In this document: positions 17,988 to 26,783 of the stretch, one piece after another
Layout of the letters: every line of letters begins with the position of its first letter
Numbering within the stretch: position 1 is the first letter of the stretch
NCBI GenBank assembly: GCA_040219255.1
Contig: JAVJSW010000017.1
Coordinates: 1 to 39,901 of the forward strand
Origin: Sumerlaeia bacterium
GTDB lineage: Bacteria > Sumerlaeota > Sumerlaeia > SLMS01 > JAHLLQ01
DNA: 39,901 nucleotides
Direction: 5' to 3'
Translations under genes and position numbers: made by a program
Notes under the pieces: model-generated
Told to the model about the DNA's origin: nothing
The model's input: only the letters and a program-made list of their open reading frames with translations
The model's database searches: none

Positions 17988-19109
17988 ATGGCTGTTCCCT
18001 TTATCGACTTGCGACGCTTCGAGCCCGATTTTCTTTCCCGCTGGGCCGAGATCAGCGCGAAGGTCGCGGCCAACACGATGTTTGTCGGTGGACCGGAAGG
18101 CGCCCGGCTCGAGGAGCGCCTGATGGAACGCACCGGAGCCGCCGCCGCTGTGGGCTGCGCCAATGGCACGGACGCCCTCCAGCTCACCCTGCGCGCCGCC
18201 GGCGTCGGCCCCGGCGATGTCGTTGTCCTGCCCGACTCGACCTTCTGGGCCACCTTCGAAGCCGTCGTCAACGTCGGCGCCCGGCCCGTCACCGTCGATA
18301 TCGACCTCGACGACCTCGCCATGGACTTCGACCTCTACCGCCAGGCGGTGGCCGAGTACCGCCCCAAAGCCGCCTTCCTCGTCCACCTCTACGGCTGGGG
18401 CAGTGCGCGTCTCGACGACTTCCGCGCCTTCAGCCGCGAAAGCGGCGTCGCGCTGATCGAGGACGGGGCACAAGCCTTCGATGTCCTCTGGCGCGGCGAA
18501 TCGATCTACAAAGACGCCTACATGAGCACCTGCTCGTTTTACCCGGCCAAGGTCCTCGGCTCCTGTGGCGATGCCGGCGCGGTCTTCTGCTCGACGGAAG
18601 AACTGGGCACCACCGTGCGCCAGCTCAGCAACCACGGCCGCACGTCCCACTACGGCCACGGCCTCGTCGGCTGGAACAGCCGTATGGGGGGCTACGACGC
18701 CGCGTTCCTGAACCTGAGCCTGGATTACATCGACGCCCGCATCGCGAGCCGCCGCCGCGCCGCCGCCCAATATCGCGATCGCCTCGCCGCCATGGGCGTC
18801 CGCACCGTCGGCCCGCCCGATGGCTACACGGAAAACGGCTACCTGAACGTCACGCTCCACGACCCGTCGGACCGCCCCGCCATCGAAGCCGTCCTGAAAG
18901 AACGCGGCATCGGCTTCGGCAACGTCTATCCCGGCGCCATGTCGAAACAGCCCGGCGCGGCGCAATACCTCGCGGGCCAGGTCGGCGGCGAAAAAGCCGA
19001 ATGGCTCTCAAAGGCCGTCCTCAACCTGCCGCTCTTCGCCTACATGAAGGACGAGGAAGTCGAGGAAGTGCTGGAGGCGTTGGGGGCGGCGCTGGGGGCG
19101 AAGGCGTAG
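17988..19109 (+). CDS. DegT/DnrJ/EryC1/StrS family PLP-dependent sugar aminotransferase
   Basis: VPFIDL, ANGTDAL, VHLYG, IEDGAQA, SFYPAKVLGSCGDAG (PLP lysine), GWNSRM; GGAGG RBS. Confidence 0.93.
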   Translation: MAVPFIDLRRFEPDFLSRWAEISAKVAANTMFVGGPEGARLEERLMERTGAAAAVGCANGTDALQLTLRAAGVGPGDVVVLPDSTFWATFEAVVNVGARPVTVDIDLDDLAMDFDLYRQAVAEYRPKAAFLVHLYGWGSARLDDFRAFSRESGVALIEDGAQAFDVLWRGESIYKDAYMSTCSFYPAKVLGSCGDAGAVFCSTEELGTTVRQLSNHGRTSHYGHGLVGWNSRMGGYDAAFLNLSLDYIDARIASRRRAAAQYRDRLAAMGVRTVGPPDGYTENGYLNVTLHDPSDRPAIEAVLKERGIGFGNVYPGAMSKQPGAAQYLAGQVGGEKAEWLSKAVLNLPLFAYMKDEEVEEVLEALGAALGAKA

Positions 19110-19227
19110 TCAGAGGGCTAAGTTCAATAATCTCCGTGTAGCACGAGTAGTGCGAAGCGCCACCTGCGAAACCTCTGTGGTGAAGGATCGCGGACCGTCC
19201 ACGCCTGCCACAGGATGGCGTCGTCAT

Positions 19228-20451
19228 TCAGCCCTCGGCTTCCAGCACCGGAGTGCGATCGGCGCCCGGCGGCAGTGCCCCGCCCGCCGCGAGGGCCCGG
19301 TAAAGCCGCCCGTGGGCCGCCGCGTGGGCGTCGAGGTCGAAGCGGCGCAGGGCGAATTCCTGTCCCGCGGCGGCGAGACGCTCCCGAAGCGCCGCGTCCC
19401 GAACCAATCGCACCATGGCCTGGGCCGCCGCCCCGGCATCGCGAAAGGGCACGATCAGGCCCGTCTCGCCATCGGCGACGATTTCCGGCACCCCCCCGGC
19501 GGGCGTGGAAATCACCGGCAGACCCGCCGCCATAGCCTCCGCCAGGGCCGTGGGCAGACCCTCGGTGTCGCTGGTCAGGAGGAAGAGATCGGCCGCGCGC
19601 AGAAGCGGCGCGGGGTCGTCCACGCTGCCCGCGAGAACGACGGCGCCTTCGAGCCCGAGTTCGCGGATCAGGGCCTCGACCTTGCCCTGCTCGCCGCTGT
19701 CGCGCCCGGCGAGGAGGCCCTTGAGACCGGGGGCGGACTGGCGGGCCTCGGCCAACGCCCGCAGCCAGACATCGTGGCGCTTCTCTGGCCGAAGATTCGC
19801 CACGCAAATCGCGACCGCTTCCGCATCTGCGAGGGCCGGGTAGCGCTCGCCAAGGTCGACGGGCGCCGCATCGCGAAAGCGCTCTGTCGCGATGCCGTTG
19901 TAAATCACGCGCATTTTCTCGCCAAGAAAACGTTCCTGATCGTGGCACGCCGCGTACACCCCCAGCGAATTCCCCACCACGGCGTCCGTGCGCAGGTTGA
20001 TGGCGTTCTCGATGACCTGATAGTGTGGCCGCCCGGCCTTCCAATGGCCCAGGTTCAGCCGCCCCGTCACCAGCCGCCGGGGGAACCCGCCGCGCCGCAG
20101 GGCCAACATCGCCAGCGGGTTCTCCCAGAAAAGGAACGCGTGAATCACGGCGCAGCGATGCGCCGCGCAGGCCACCCGGATGCGGCGCGCCGTGGTGAAG
20201 AGATTGCGCCAGAAGGCCGGGCTCGACTTGGGGCGCCAACGCTCGGCGTTCAGGAATTCCACGGGAACGCCCGCCTTGCGCAGGACGTGCTCCAGCGGCC
20301 CGCTTTCGTCCGCCACCAGCACCAGCGGCCGGATGCCCTGGCGCGGCAGGGCGCAGGCCAAATCCACCGCGTTGCGTTCCGCGCCGCCGGTCTTCAGGTT
20401 CGACACCAGGAGCGCCACGCCGGGCGCGTCAGGGGGCGGGGGCGGAGTCAT
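19228..20451 (-). CDS. Glycosyltransferase family 4
   Basis: GGAERN, VANLRPEKRH, EGLPTALAEAMAAGLPVI (EX7E). ATG overlaps the upstream stop (ATGA). Confidence 0.9.
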   Translation of the reverse strand: MTPPPPPDAPGVALLVSNLKTGGAERNAVDLACALPRQGIRPLVLVADESGPLEHVLRKAGVPVEFLNAERWRPKSSPAFWRNLFTTARRIRVACAAHRCAVIHAFLFWENPLAMLALRRGGFPRRLVTGRLNLGHWKAGRPHYQVIENAINLRTDAVVGNSLGVYAACHDQERFLGEKMRVIYNGIATERFRDAAPVDLGERYPALADAEAVAICVANLRPEKRHDVWLRALAEARQSAPGLKGLLAGRDSGEQGKVEALIRELGLEGAVVLAGSVDDPAPLLRAADLFLLTSDTEGLPTALAEAMAAGLPVISTPAGGVPEIVADGETGLIVPFRDAGAAAQAMVRLVRDAALRERLAAAGQEFALRRFDLDAHAAAHGRLYRALAAGGALPPGADRTPVLEAEG

Positions 20452-21653
20452 GGGCGGCGGGTCCTTTGCGCGGTGTGCAGGGCGATGGCCTCGCGGTAAA
20501 CGTCCAGCATCCGGCCCATACAACGCGCGGCCTCGTGGTGCTCGCGGGCCACGGCGGCATTGCGGGCGCCGATGCTTTGCCGCTGATCTTGCGGCATTTG
20601 AATGACTTTCAGGAGCCCTTGCAGGATCGAGGAGGGCGCTTGGGACTCCATGAGAATAGCCTGCCCCTGCTGGGCTTTCGGCGTAACATCCACCGATGCT
20701 ACGGCCGAGCGATAAGCCGGCAAGTCGAGCAACAGCGGCAGGGTCCCGCAAGCCAGCGCCTCCAACACCGACATCGCGAGCAGGTCCGTCCTTGGCAACT
20801 GGACGGACGCCACAGCCCCGCTAATCAACGCCGCTAGGTCTCCCACCGAGAGAAACTCATCCACAAACCGCACTCCCGATTCCGGAGTTCCAAGGGAGAG
20901 CATTTGCTCCCATTCCGCTTGCGGCGCCCCACACCGCAAGACGACCAGGTCGTAGCCTCGCAATGCCTCCGATTGCTCCCAACCCACGAGCCATGCTTTG
21001 AGAAGCTTGTCGAGACCCCAGTTTGGAGCGGCAAGCCGAGGACTGAGAAAATAGGGACGCTTTTCCCTCAGACCGAGTTTCTTGCAAACGCGGTCGATTT
21101 CTTTGGGAGTGGATGGCGAGAACGCCTGGGTATCAACGCCCCATGAAAAGAAGCGAAACTTTTCCCGCGGCGCCGCTGTCAGCCTTTTCCAATGTTCCTC
21201 CAAGCCTTCGGCATTGGTTGAAATCAGTGTCGCGGCTTGAACTCCGCTCAAGATCAGTCGCCTCTTGAGACGCCCGCAATCCGCTCGGCCCAGATCCTCA
21301 ATCTCTGGTCCCCAAGGCGTCAGCACGCTCGGAAACTGGGCGAAGTGAGGCAGGACAGGTCCGTAGCCGAGCGCCTCGTGAGCGTGAATCACGGCGGGAC
21401 CTTCGGCAATCAGCTTCATCCGATAGGCTCGCCATTTATCTCGTTCGTTCGCCAGGGGGTGAGGCCGCAGTTTGAAGCTCCAAAGATTTCGCAGCAGCGT
21501 CCACTCCGGCGTAACAACGCGAAAACCCGCCGCTGATAAATCCTCTTGGGGGCGGTCGCTAAAGATCGCGAGGTCGATTCCTTTCGACACGAGAAATCGC
21601 GCCCAACGTTTGACATGGCTGTTTTTTGCCGTCCCCAGCATCACGACTTTCAT
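20448..21653 (-). CDS. Glycosyltransferase family 4 (lower GC)
   Basis: HVKRW, IHAH, TPWG, SPRL, DLLAMSVLEALACG (DX7E variant). Coupled to both neighbours. Confidence 0.82.
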   Translation of the reverse strand: MKVVMLGTAKNSHVKRWARFLVSKGIDLAIFSDRPQEDLSAAGFRVVTPEWTLLRNLWSFKLRPHPLANERDKWRAYRMKLIAEGPAVIHAHEALGYGPVLPHFAQFPSVLTPWGPEIEDLGRADCGRLKRRLILSGVQAATLISTNAEGLEEHWKRLTAAPREKFRFFSWGVDTQAFSPSTPKEIDRVCKKLGLREKRPYFLSPRLAAPNWGLDKLLKAWLVGWEQSEALRGYDLVVLRCGAPQAEWEQMLSLGTPESGVRFVDEFLSVGDLAALISGAVASVQLPRTDLLAMSVLEALACGTLPLLLDLPAYRSAVASVDVTPKAQQGQAILMESQAPSSILQGLLKVIQMPQDQRQSIGARNAAVAREHHEAARCMGRMLDVYREAIALHTAQRTRRP

Positions 21654-22825
21654 GATGAGCTGGTGACTCGACGAGAGATTCTTTCCGCTGCCCGCAGGAA
21701 ATCGCCAACACAGGTTTCTTCACAGTAACTGCGCGACGCATGCTGTCTTGCTTGAATCGCAAGGTCTTCTCGCAGCGAGGCATCGTCGAGCAGACGGAGC
21801 ATTGCATCCGTCAATGCCTCGGGATCGCCCGTGGGGACGATCAGGCCGCCGATTCCCTGGAAAAACTCCCCAGCCGGAATTGGCTCCGGGGCTTTGCCTT
21901 CCGGGTCCAAGGTATCGCGAACGCCGCTGACATCCGTGGTAATGGCGGGCGTTCCGCAGGACAGGGTCTCGACCAGCACATTGGAGAGCCCCTCGGCGTG
22001 GGTCGCCGTGACCGTGGCCAGAGATCTACGAAATTCCTGAACGGGATTGTCCGTCCATTCTTCAAGAGTAATCGCGTCGCGGGCTGGAGATCGTGCGATA
22101 GCTTTCTCGACCGTATCTCGTTCAACTCCGTTGCCTATCACCCGGAGGCGCGCATGAGGACGAACTTTCCAAACGGCGCTGAAAGCCTCGATCAACAACG
22201 GCAGGTTCTTCTGCTTACGGAAGCGGCCGAGATAAAGAAACTCGTTGGGATTGTGAGAAGCCTCTTGGGAGGGAGAAAATTCCTCCATGTCCACGAAGTT
22301 TCGATAACTCTCAATCCGGGCTATCGGGACTCCTTTCTCGATCAATTCCCGTTCGCTCAGCCGCGAAAGGGTGAAAAAGCTGTCCATTTTCAGGCTTTCG
22401 CGGACCAGCCATTTTCCACCTTTGTGGCTTCTGAGCATGATCAGGTCACTGTAGTCACCTGCGTTTACGAGCAACGTCGCGCTTGGCTTTCCCAATTCCC
22501 GCGCGACTCGGGCAGCCATGATGCTGTGAAGATAGAGCTCATGACAAAGGACGAAATCCCAGTCATTTTTTAGCTTACGCAACCATTTGGCCGTCTGACG
22601 CATGTACGTCAAACCCCACAAGGGGCCGAAAGCCAAGGGCTTGATCACGCGTAGCACGCGGACCCCGTGCTCCATTCGATCCACGGGCAGATCCGCGGAA
22701 CTTGCGGTCAGGACAGTTGTAGGATGACCGCACTTGACGAGAGCCCGGGCAAGACGCTCGGCGGCGTTTTCCATGCCGGCCTTCTTCGCAGGGGGGTAGC
22801 CATTCAAGACAAAAAGAAATCGCAT
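21650..22825 (-). CDS. Glycosyltransferase family 4 (lower GC)
   Basis: YPPAKKAGME, YLGRFRKQKN, EGLSNVLVETLSCGTPAI. Confidence 0.9.
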   Translation of the reverse strand: MRFLFVLNGYPPAKKAGMENAAERLARALVKCGHPTTVLTASSADLPVDRMEHGVRVLRVIKPLAFGPLWGLTYMRQTAKWLRKLKNDWDFVLCHELYLHSIMAARVARELGKPSATLLVNAGDYSDLIMLRSHKGGKWLVRESLKMDSFFTLSRLSERELIEKGVPIARIESYRNFVDMEEFSPSQEASHNPNEFLYLGRFRKQKNLPLLIEAFSAVWKVRPHARLRVIGNGVERDTVEKAIARSPARDAITLEEWTDNPVQEFRRSLATVTATHAEGLSNVLVETLSCGTPAITTDVSGVRDTLDPEGKAPEPIPAGEFFQGIGGLIVPTGDPEALTDAMLRLLDDASLREDLAIQARQHASRSYCEETCVGDFLRAAERISRRVTSSS

Positions 22826-22835
22826 GTAAATGGAG

Positions 22836-24017
22836 TTAGCCTTTCAAGCCGAGAATTTCCCGGTACGCCGCCACGTGGGCGTCGATCATGCGGGTCATGG
22901 GGAATTGGGTGCGGAGGAATTGGGCGGCGGCCTGGCCCATGCGGTGGCGCTCGGCGTCGTTTTTCAGGAGCCGGAGGAGCGCCGCGGCCAACTCGGCGGG
23001 CGCGTGGGGCGGCACGATGAGGCCCGTTTCGCCGTCGCGGAGCGCTTCCGGGCTGCCTCCGGCGCGGGTGGCGACGGCGGCGAGGCCGCAGGCCTGGGCC
23101 TCGAGCACGACGTTCGGCAGACCTTCCTCGTGCGAGGGCAGGACGAACAGATCGCAGGCCCGCAAAATCCCCGGCACATCACGCCGCGAACCCAGCAAGT
23201 GCACGACGCCGGAAAGCCCCGCCTCAGCAGCCGCCGAGCGAATGCGTTCGGCCATGCCATCGTCGCGCCCCACCAGGATCAGATGCGCCCCCGGCAGGCG
23301 TTCGTGCACCGCGCGCCAAGCCGCGATCAGGTCCAGATGGCCTTTGTACTCCAGCAGATTCGCCACGCAAACGACGCGGTGCGTCGCGCCCGCCAGAGTT
23401 GGAATCTCCGCCTCCAGCACCACGCGCCGCGCTGCGGCCACCCGCTCGGCGTGAATGCCGTTGGGGATCACGCGGATGCCGAGGCGGGGCAGGTTGGCTT
23501 CGCGGGCGCGGGCGTCCTCGGCGACAGCTTCGGCGTTCGCGATAACGAGGCGGCTGAGGCGATTGTACTGGTTCTGGACGCGCTGTTTCCAGGGCGCGGC
23601 GTCTTTGAAGCGGCCGATGCTGCGGCGGCTGGTGATCAAGGCCCCGGGCGCGCCGCCGAGCTTGGCTAGCGCCGCCCAGGCATCCGCCTCGAACAACCAA
23701 CTGTGCAGCACGTCGGGCCGGAAACGCCGCAAATCGCCAATGGTCCGCGCCAGAGCCCGCACCGCGCCGATCTTCGACGCCGGATTCCAGAGCGGCCGCA
23801 GCTTGGGCAGGGCGATGCCGAAGACCTCGAAGCCCTCGGCCCGGAGGACCTCCATGCGCGGGCCCTCGGGGTGGAGCAAGTATAGCCGAACGATATGGCC
23901 GCGTTCGCGCAGGCCCCGCATCAGTTCCACAACCTGACCCTCGGCGCCGCCTTCGCGCATCGAGCCAATCATCAGCGCCACGCGCAGGGGTTTGCCGCCG
24001 CCGTCCGCCCCGCTCAT
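22836..24017 (-). CDS. Glycosyltransferase family 4
   Basis: GGAEGQ, VIPNGI, VANLLEYKGH, EEGLPNVVLEAQACG. ATG 24017 overlaps the ribD stop. Confidence 0.9.
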   Translation of the reverse strand: MSGADGGGKPLRVALMIGSMREGGAEGQVVELMRGLRERGHIVRLYLLHPEGPRMEVLRAEGFEVFGIALPKLRPLWNPASKIGAVRALARTIGDLRRFRPDVLHSWLFEADAWAALAKLGGAPGALITSRRSIGRFKDAAPWKQRVQNQYNRLSRLVIANAEAVAEDARAREANLPRLGIRVIPNGIHAERVAAARRVVLEAEIPTLAGATHRVVCVANLLEYKGHLDLIAAWRAVHERLPGAHLILVGRDDGMAERIRSAAAEAGLSGVVHLLGSRRDVPGILRACDLFVLPSHEEGLPNVVLEAQACGLAAVATRAGGSPEALRDGETGLIVPPHAPAELAAALLRLLKNDAERHRMGQAAAQFLRTQFPMTRMIDAHVAAYREILGLKG

Positions 24018-25180
24018 CGGTCCGTCCCCGCTGGCGCGACGTCTTCGAACAGGTGGCGCGTAATCCAGCCCTCCATCAGCACATCCGGGCCGATGGTCTC
24101 GAACCGCGCGTGATGCAGGCGCAGGGCGTCGCTCATGGTCGTGATCGGGTCGTCGCCGGTCAGGGCCGACAGCGGCGCCCCGCCCGCGCCGATCAGCACC
24201 GGCGCCAGGAACGCCGCCACGCGGTCGGCGAAGCCAAAGCGGATCATCTGGCCCGCGACACGGCGGCCGCCCTCGACCAGGACGCTTTGAATGCCATGGC
24301 CGCGCAATGTCAGCATCAGGTCCGCCAGAGACACCCGCCCATCCACACCCGGGCGCAGGCGCCAGACTTCGGCGCCCTCGCTGGTCAGGGCCATTTCGCG
24401 ATCCGCCGGGGCGTTGTCGGCGCAGACCACGACAGCGCGCCCCTGCGTTTCCGTGACGAGCGGATGGCCCGGTGGCAGGCGCAGTTGGCTGTCGAGCACG
24501 ATGCGCCGCAGGGGCGGGCCGGGGGGCTGCTCGACGTGGCGGATGGTCAGCTTGGCGCCGTCCATCAGGGCCGTTTCCACCCCCACCAGAACGGCGTCGT
24601 GGGCGGCGCGCATGGCGTGGGCGCGGGTGCGGGACTCGGGGCTGGTAATCCAGGCGCTGTGGCCGCTGCTCGACGCCGTGCAGCCGTCGGCGCTCATCGC
24701 CCATTTCAGCGTCACCAGGGGCCGGCCGAGTTGATGATACGTATTGAAGGCCGGATTGAGCAGCATCGCCTCCTGCTCCATCACGCCGGTTTCGACGGCG
24801 ACGCCGGCTTCGCGCAGCCGTTCGACGCCGCCGCGGGCGAGGGGGTTCGGGTCGCGCTGGGCGATGACGACGCGGGCGATACCGGCGCGGATGACGGCGT
24901 CGCTGCACGGCGGCGTGCGGCCGTGGTGGCTGCATGGCTCCAGCGTGACGACCATCGTGGCGCCGCGGGGATCTTCGGTGGCCTGGGTCAGGGCCTGGGC
25001 CTCGGCGTGGGGTTCGCCGGCGCGGGCGTGAAAGCCCTCGCCGATGACGCGGCCCTCGCGCAGGATCACGGCCCCGACCAGGGGGTTGGGGCGGGTCTGG
25101 CCCTCGGCCCGGCGCGCCAGATCGAGCGCGCGGCGCATGGCCGATTCGATGGCGGCGGGCGTTTCCGGGGGCGGAGTCAT
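24014..25180 (-). CDS. ribD: Riboflavin biosynthesis bifunctional deaminase/reductase RibD
   Basis: PNPLVGAV, HAE, TLEPCSHHGRTPPC, KWAMSADG, VEGG. Start taken at ATG 25180 (frame is open to 25381). Confidence 0.95.
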   Translation of the reverse strand: MTPPPETPAAIESAMRRALDLARRAEGQTRPNPLVGAVILREGRVIGEGFHARAGEPHAEAQALTQATEDPRGATMVVTLEPCSHHGRTPPCSDAVIRAGIARVVIAQRDPNPLARGGVERLREAGVAVETGVMEQEAMLLNPAFNTYHQLGRPLVTLKWAMSADGCTASSSGHSAWITSPESRTRAHAMRAAHDAVLVGVETALMDGAKLTIRHVEQPPGPPLRRIVLDSQLRLPPGHPLVTETQGRAVVVCADNAPADREMALTSEGAEVWRLRPGVDGRVSLADLMLTLRGHGIQSVLVEGGRRVAGQMIRFGFADRVAAFLAPVLIGAGGAPLSALTGDDPITTMSDALRLHHARFETIGPDVLMEGWITRHLFEDVAPAGTDR

Positions 25181-25446
25181 GGGGCGGGTGCGAAGCCTCT
25201 GGGGATAGTGCTCGGCCGGGGGCGCGTGTCTCCGGGCGGATCGAAGCGCCGGACCGTGCCTCAGCGGCGCGGCGCGCGTCGAGCGCAGACCCGGGTTGGG
25301 GGCGAAAATTCTGGCGCCGGGGCGGTGCGGCGAAGGCGCCGAAAGCTGTGGCGGGGGGGTCCTGGGGGTGGTGGCGATCATGGGGACGGGGTCCTGTGCG
25401 AGGGGGTTTGGCTGACTTCCGAGCAGGAGCCTCGCACAGGGGGTTT

Positions 25447-25488
25447 CGTTTGTCCCCTCATGTGGAGCTTACGGAGCAAGATAGACAA
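25447..25488 (-). repeat. Copy 2 of the 42-bp intergenic motif
   Basis: Minus strand TTGTCTATCTTGCTCCGTAAGCTCCACATGAGGGGACAAACG, followed by a perfect 11-bp hairpin (25393-25403 / 25430-25440). Confidence 0.85.
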
Positions 25489-25531
25489 AAGACACTTATC
25501 AGACTTGTGGAGCTTCTGGGCGGGATTTAAA

Positions 25532-25695
25532 TTTAGCCACAGATGAACACGGATGGCGCGGATGGGGTGGCAGGCGAAAAAAAGGGCAGGCCGGGGATGA
25601 TAGGGGAAGATTGCTGGGCGAGTCCCTGTTCCTCCCCTTCATCGGCGGCCAATTCGCACAACCCATCTGTGCCCATCGGTGTCATCCGCGGCAAA
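25532..25695. repeat. 164-bp element with ~33-bp imperfect inverted repeats (MITE/REP-like)
   Basis: TTTAGCCACAGATGAACACGGATGGCGCGGATGG (25532-25565) vs the reverse complement of 25663-25695, TTTGCCGCGGATGACACCGATGGGCACAGATGG. Confidence 0.7.
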
Positions 25696-25794
25696 GAACA
25701 CAAGCGCCTGCCCATCATTCGACATCGGCTTGCCACCGGGCGCCCCGCCCGCGCATGGTCGGCGCAACTCTTTGTGCCCCGGGGGCTTGTCGCG

Positions 25795-26778
25795 ATGCGG
25801 ACCGTTCTTTTTCCATTTTGTCTTTTGGCGCTGATTGTCGTGGCGGCGGGATGCGCCTCGGGGCGCACGTCTCGGCCGTTAGTGGACGTGCCGCTGCCGG
25901 ACCGGGGCGAGGACATCGACCCCGCCGTGTGGCAGGTCACGGAAGCCACGCCCGCCGGGGCCGAGCTGGTGTCGTCGCGGGCCGTGATCAACTGGCTGCC
26001 GCTGGTGTCGAACAAGAGGTGGTTCGAGACGCAGGGCCAGGCCGAGCGTGCCGCTTCGTCGCACGTCTTCGATTTCGCGCTGGGGATTCCGTACTGGAAC
26101 TTTCCGATCTGGCGCACTGTGGCCCAGGACGTGTACCAGCAGGGCGAGGCCGAACCGGTAGGGCGGGTGCGGCACCTGTGGACGCCGCTGTGGACCGGCG
26201 CGAAGTCGACCGGCGAGGGCGGCGCCGACCTGGGCGTCCAGGCGTCGGGCGTGCCGCTGCTGTGGGAGACCTGGGACGCGCGCGGCAGCACCTGGTATTT
26301 CGACGCGCTGGTGACCGAGCAGAAGCATTACCGCGAGACGCGGGGCTGGCAAACGCTGATGAGCTTCGGCCCGGCCTGGGCGCGGGGCGTGAAGACGGAA
26401 GTGTACACCAACGGCCTCTCGCGCACGTACACGACGCGGCGGTTCTTTCCGCTGAAGCTCGGCGGGCTGCTGGGGTGGATTTTGTGGAGCGACTACTCGA
26501 TCGTCTCCGAGCTGGACGAAATCCGTGGCGAGCAAGTGGGTCACGGCCCTCTCGGCGGGTTGCCGACATACTACTCCCAGGTGGAAACGGACGACGTGAA
26601 CCGCCGGGCGAAGCGCTTTGTCCTGATGGGACTGGCGTGGTACGACAGCTCGCTCTCGGCCCCGCAAGGGACGCAGGCGGTCGAAAGCGTTCACGGGCCC
26701 CTGTGGGGGCTGTTTGGCTGGGGGCGGCAAAAGGGCGAGCCGGTGGTGTATTTGTTCCGGGTTCCGGTGGGGGGGTGA
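25795..26778 (+). CDS. Hypothetical lipoprotein, Trp/aromatic-rich with beta-hairpin-like repeats
   Basis: Signal peptide with AAG|C lipobox, repeated HGPLxG, PLW and LGGL motifs. Confidence 0.72.
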   Translation: MRTVLFPFCLLALIVVAAGCASGRTSRPLVDVPLPDRGEDIDPAVWQVTEATPAGAELVSSRAVINWLPLVSNKRWFETQGQAERAASSHVFDFALGIPYWNFPIWRTVAQDVYQQGEAEPVGRVRHLWTPLWTGAKSTGEGGADLGVQASGVPLLWETWDARGSTWYFDALVTEQKHYRETRGWQTLMSFGPAWARGVKTEVYTNGLSRTYTTRRFFPLKLGGLLGWILWSDYSIVSELDEIRGEQVGHGPLGGLPTYYSQVETDDVNRRAKRFVLMGLAWYDSSLSAPQGTQAVESVHGPLWGLFGWGRQKGEPVVYLFRVPVGG

Positions 26779-26783
26779 GGGTG

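Noticed and set aside
24018-24935. Apparent long N-terminal extension of the GT4 at 22836 (699-aa ORF)
   Set aside because: Alternative frame over ribD. The real start is the ATGA-coupled ATG at 24017.
25181-25530. FMN riboswitch upstream of ribD
   Set aside because: The conserved RFN segments (AGGGTGAAATTCCCGACCG, GGATGGGAGA) are not visible.
25611-26783. Apparent 391-aa N-terminal extension of the ATPase (769-aa ORF)
   Set aside because: Arg/Gly/Ala-rich off-frame read-through of the lipoprotein gene. ATPase homology begins at 26781/26784.
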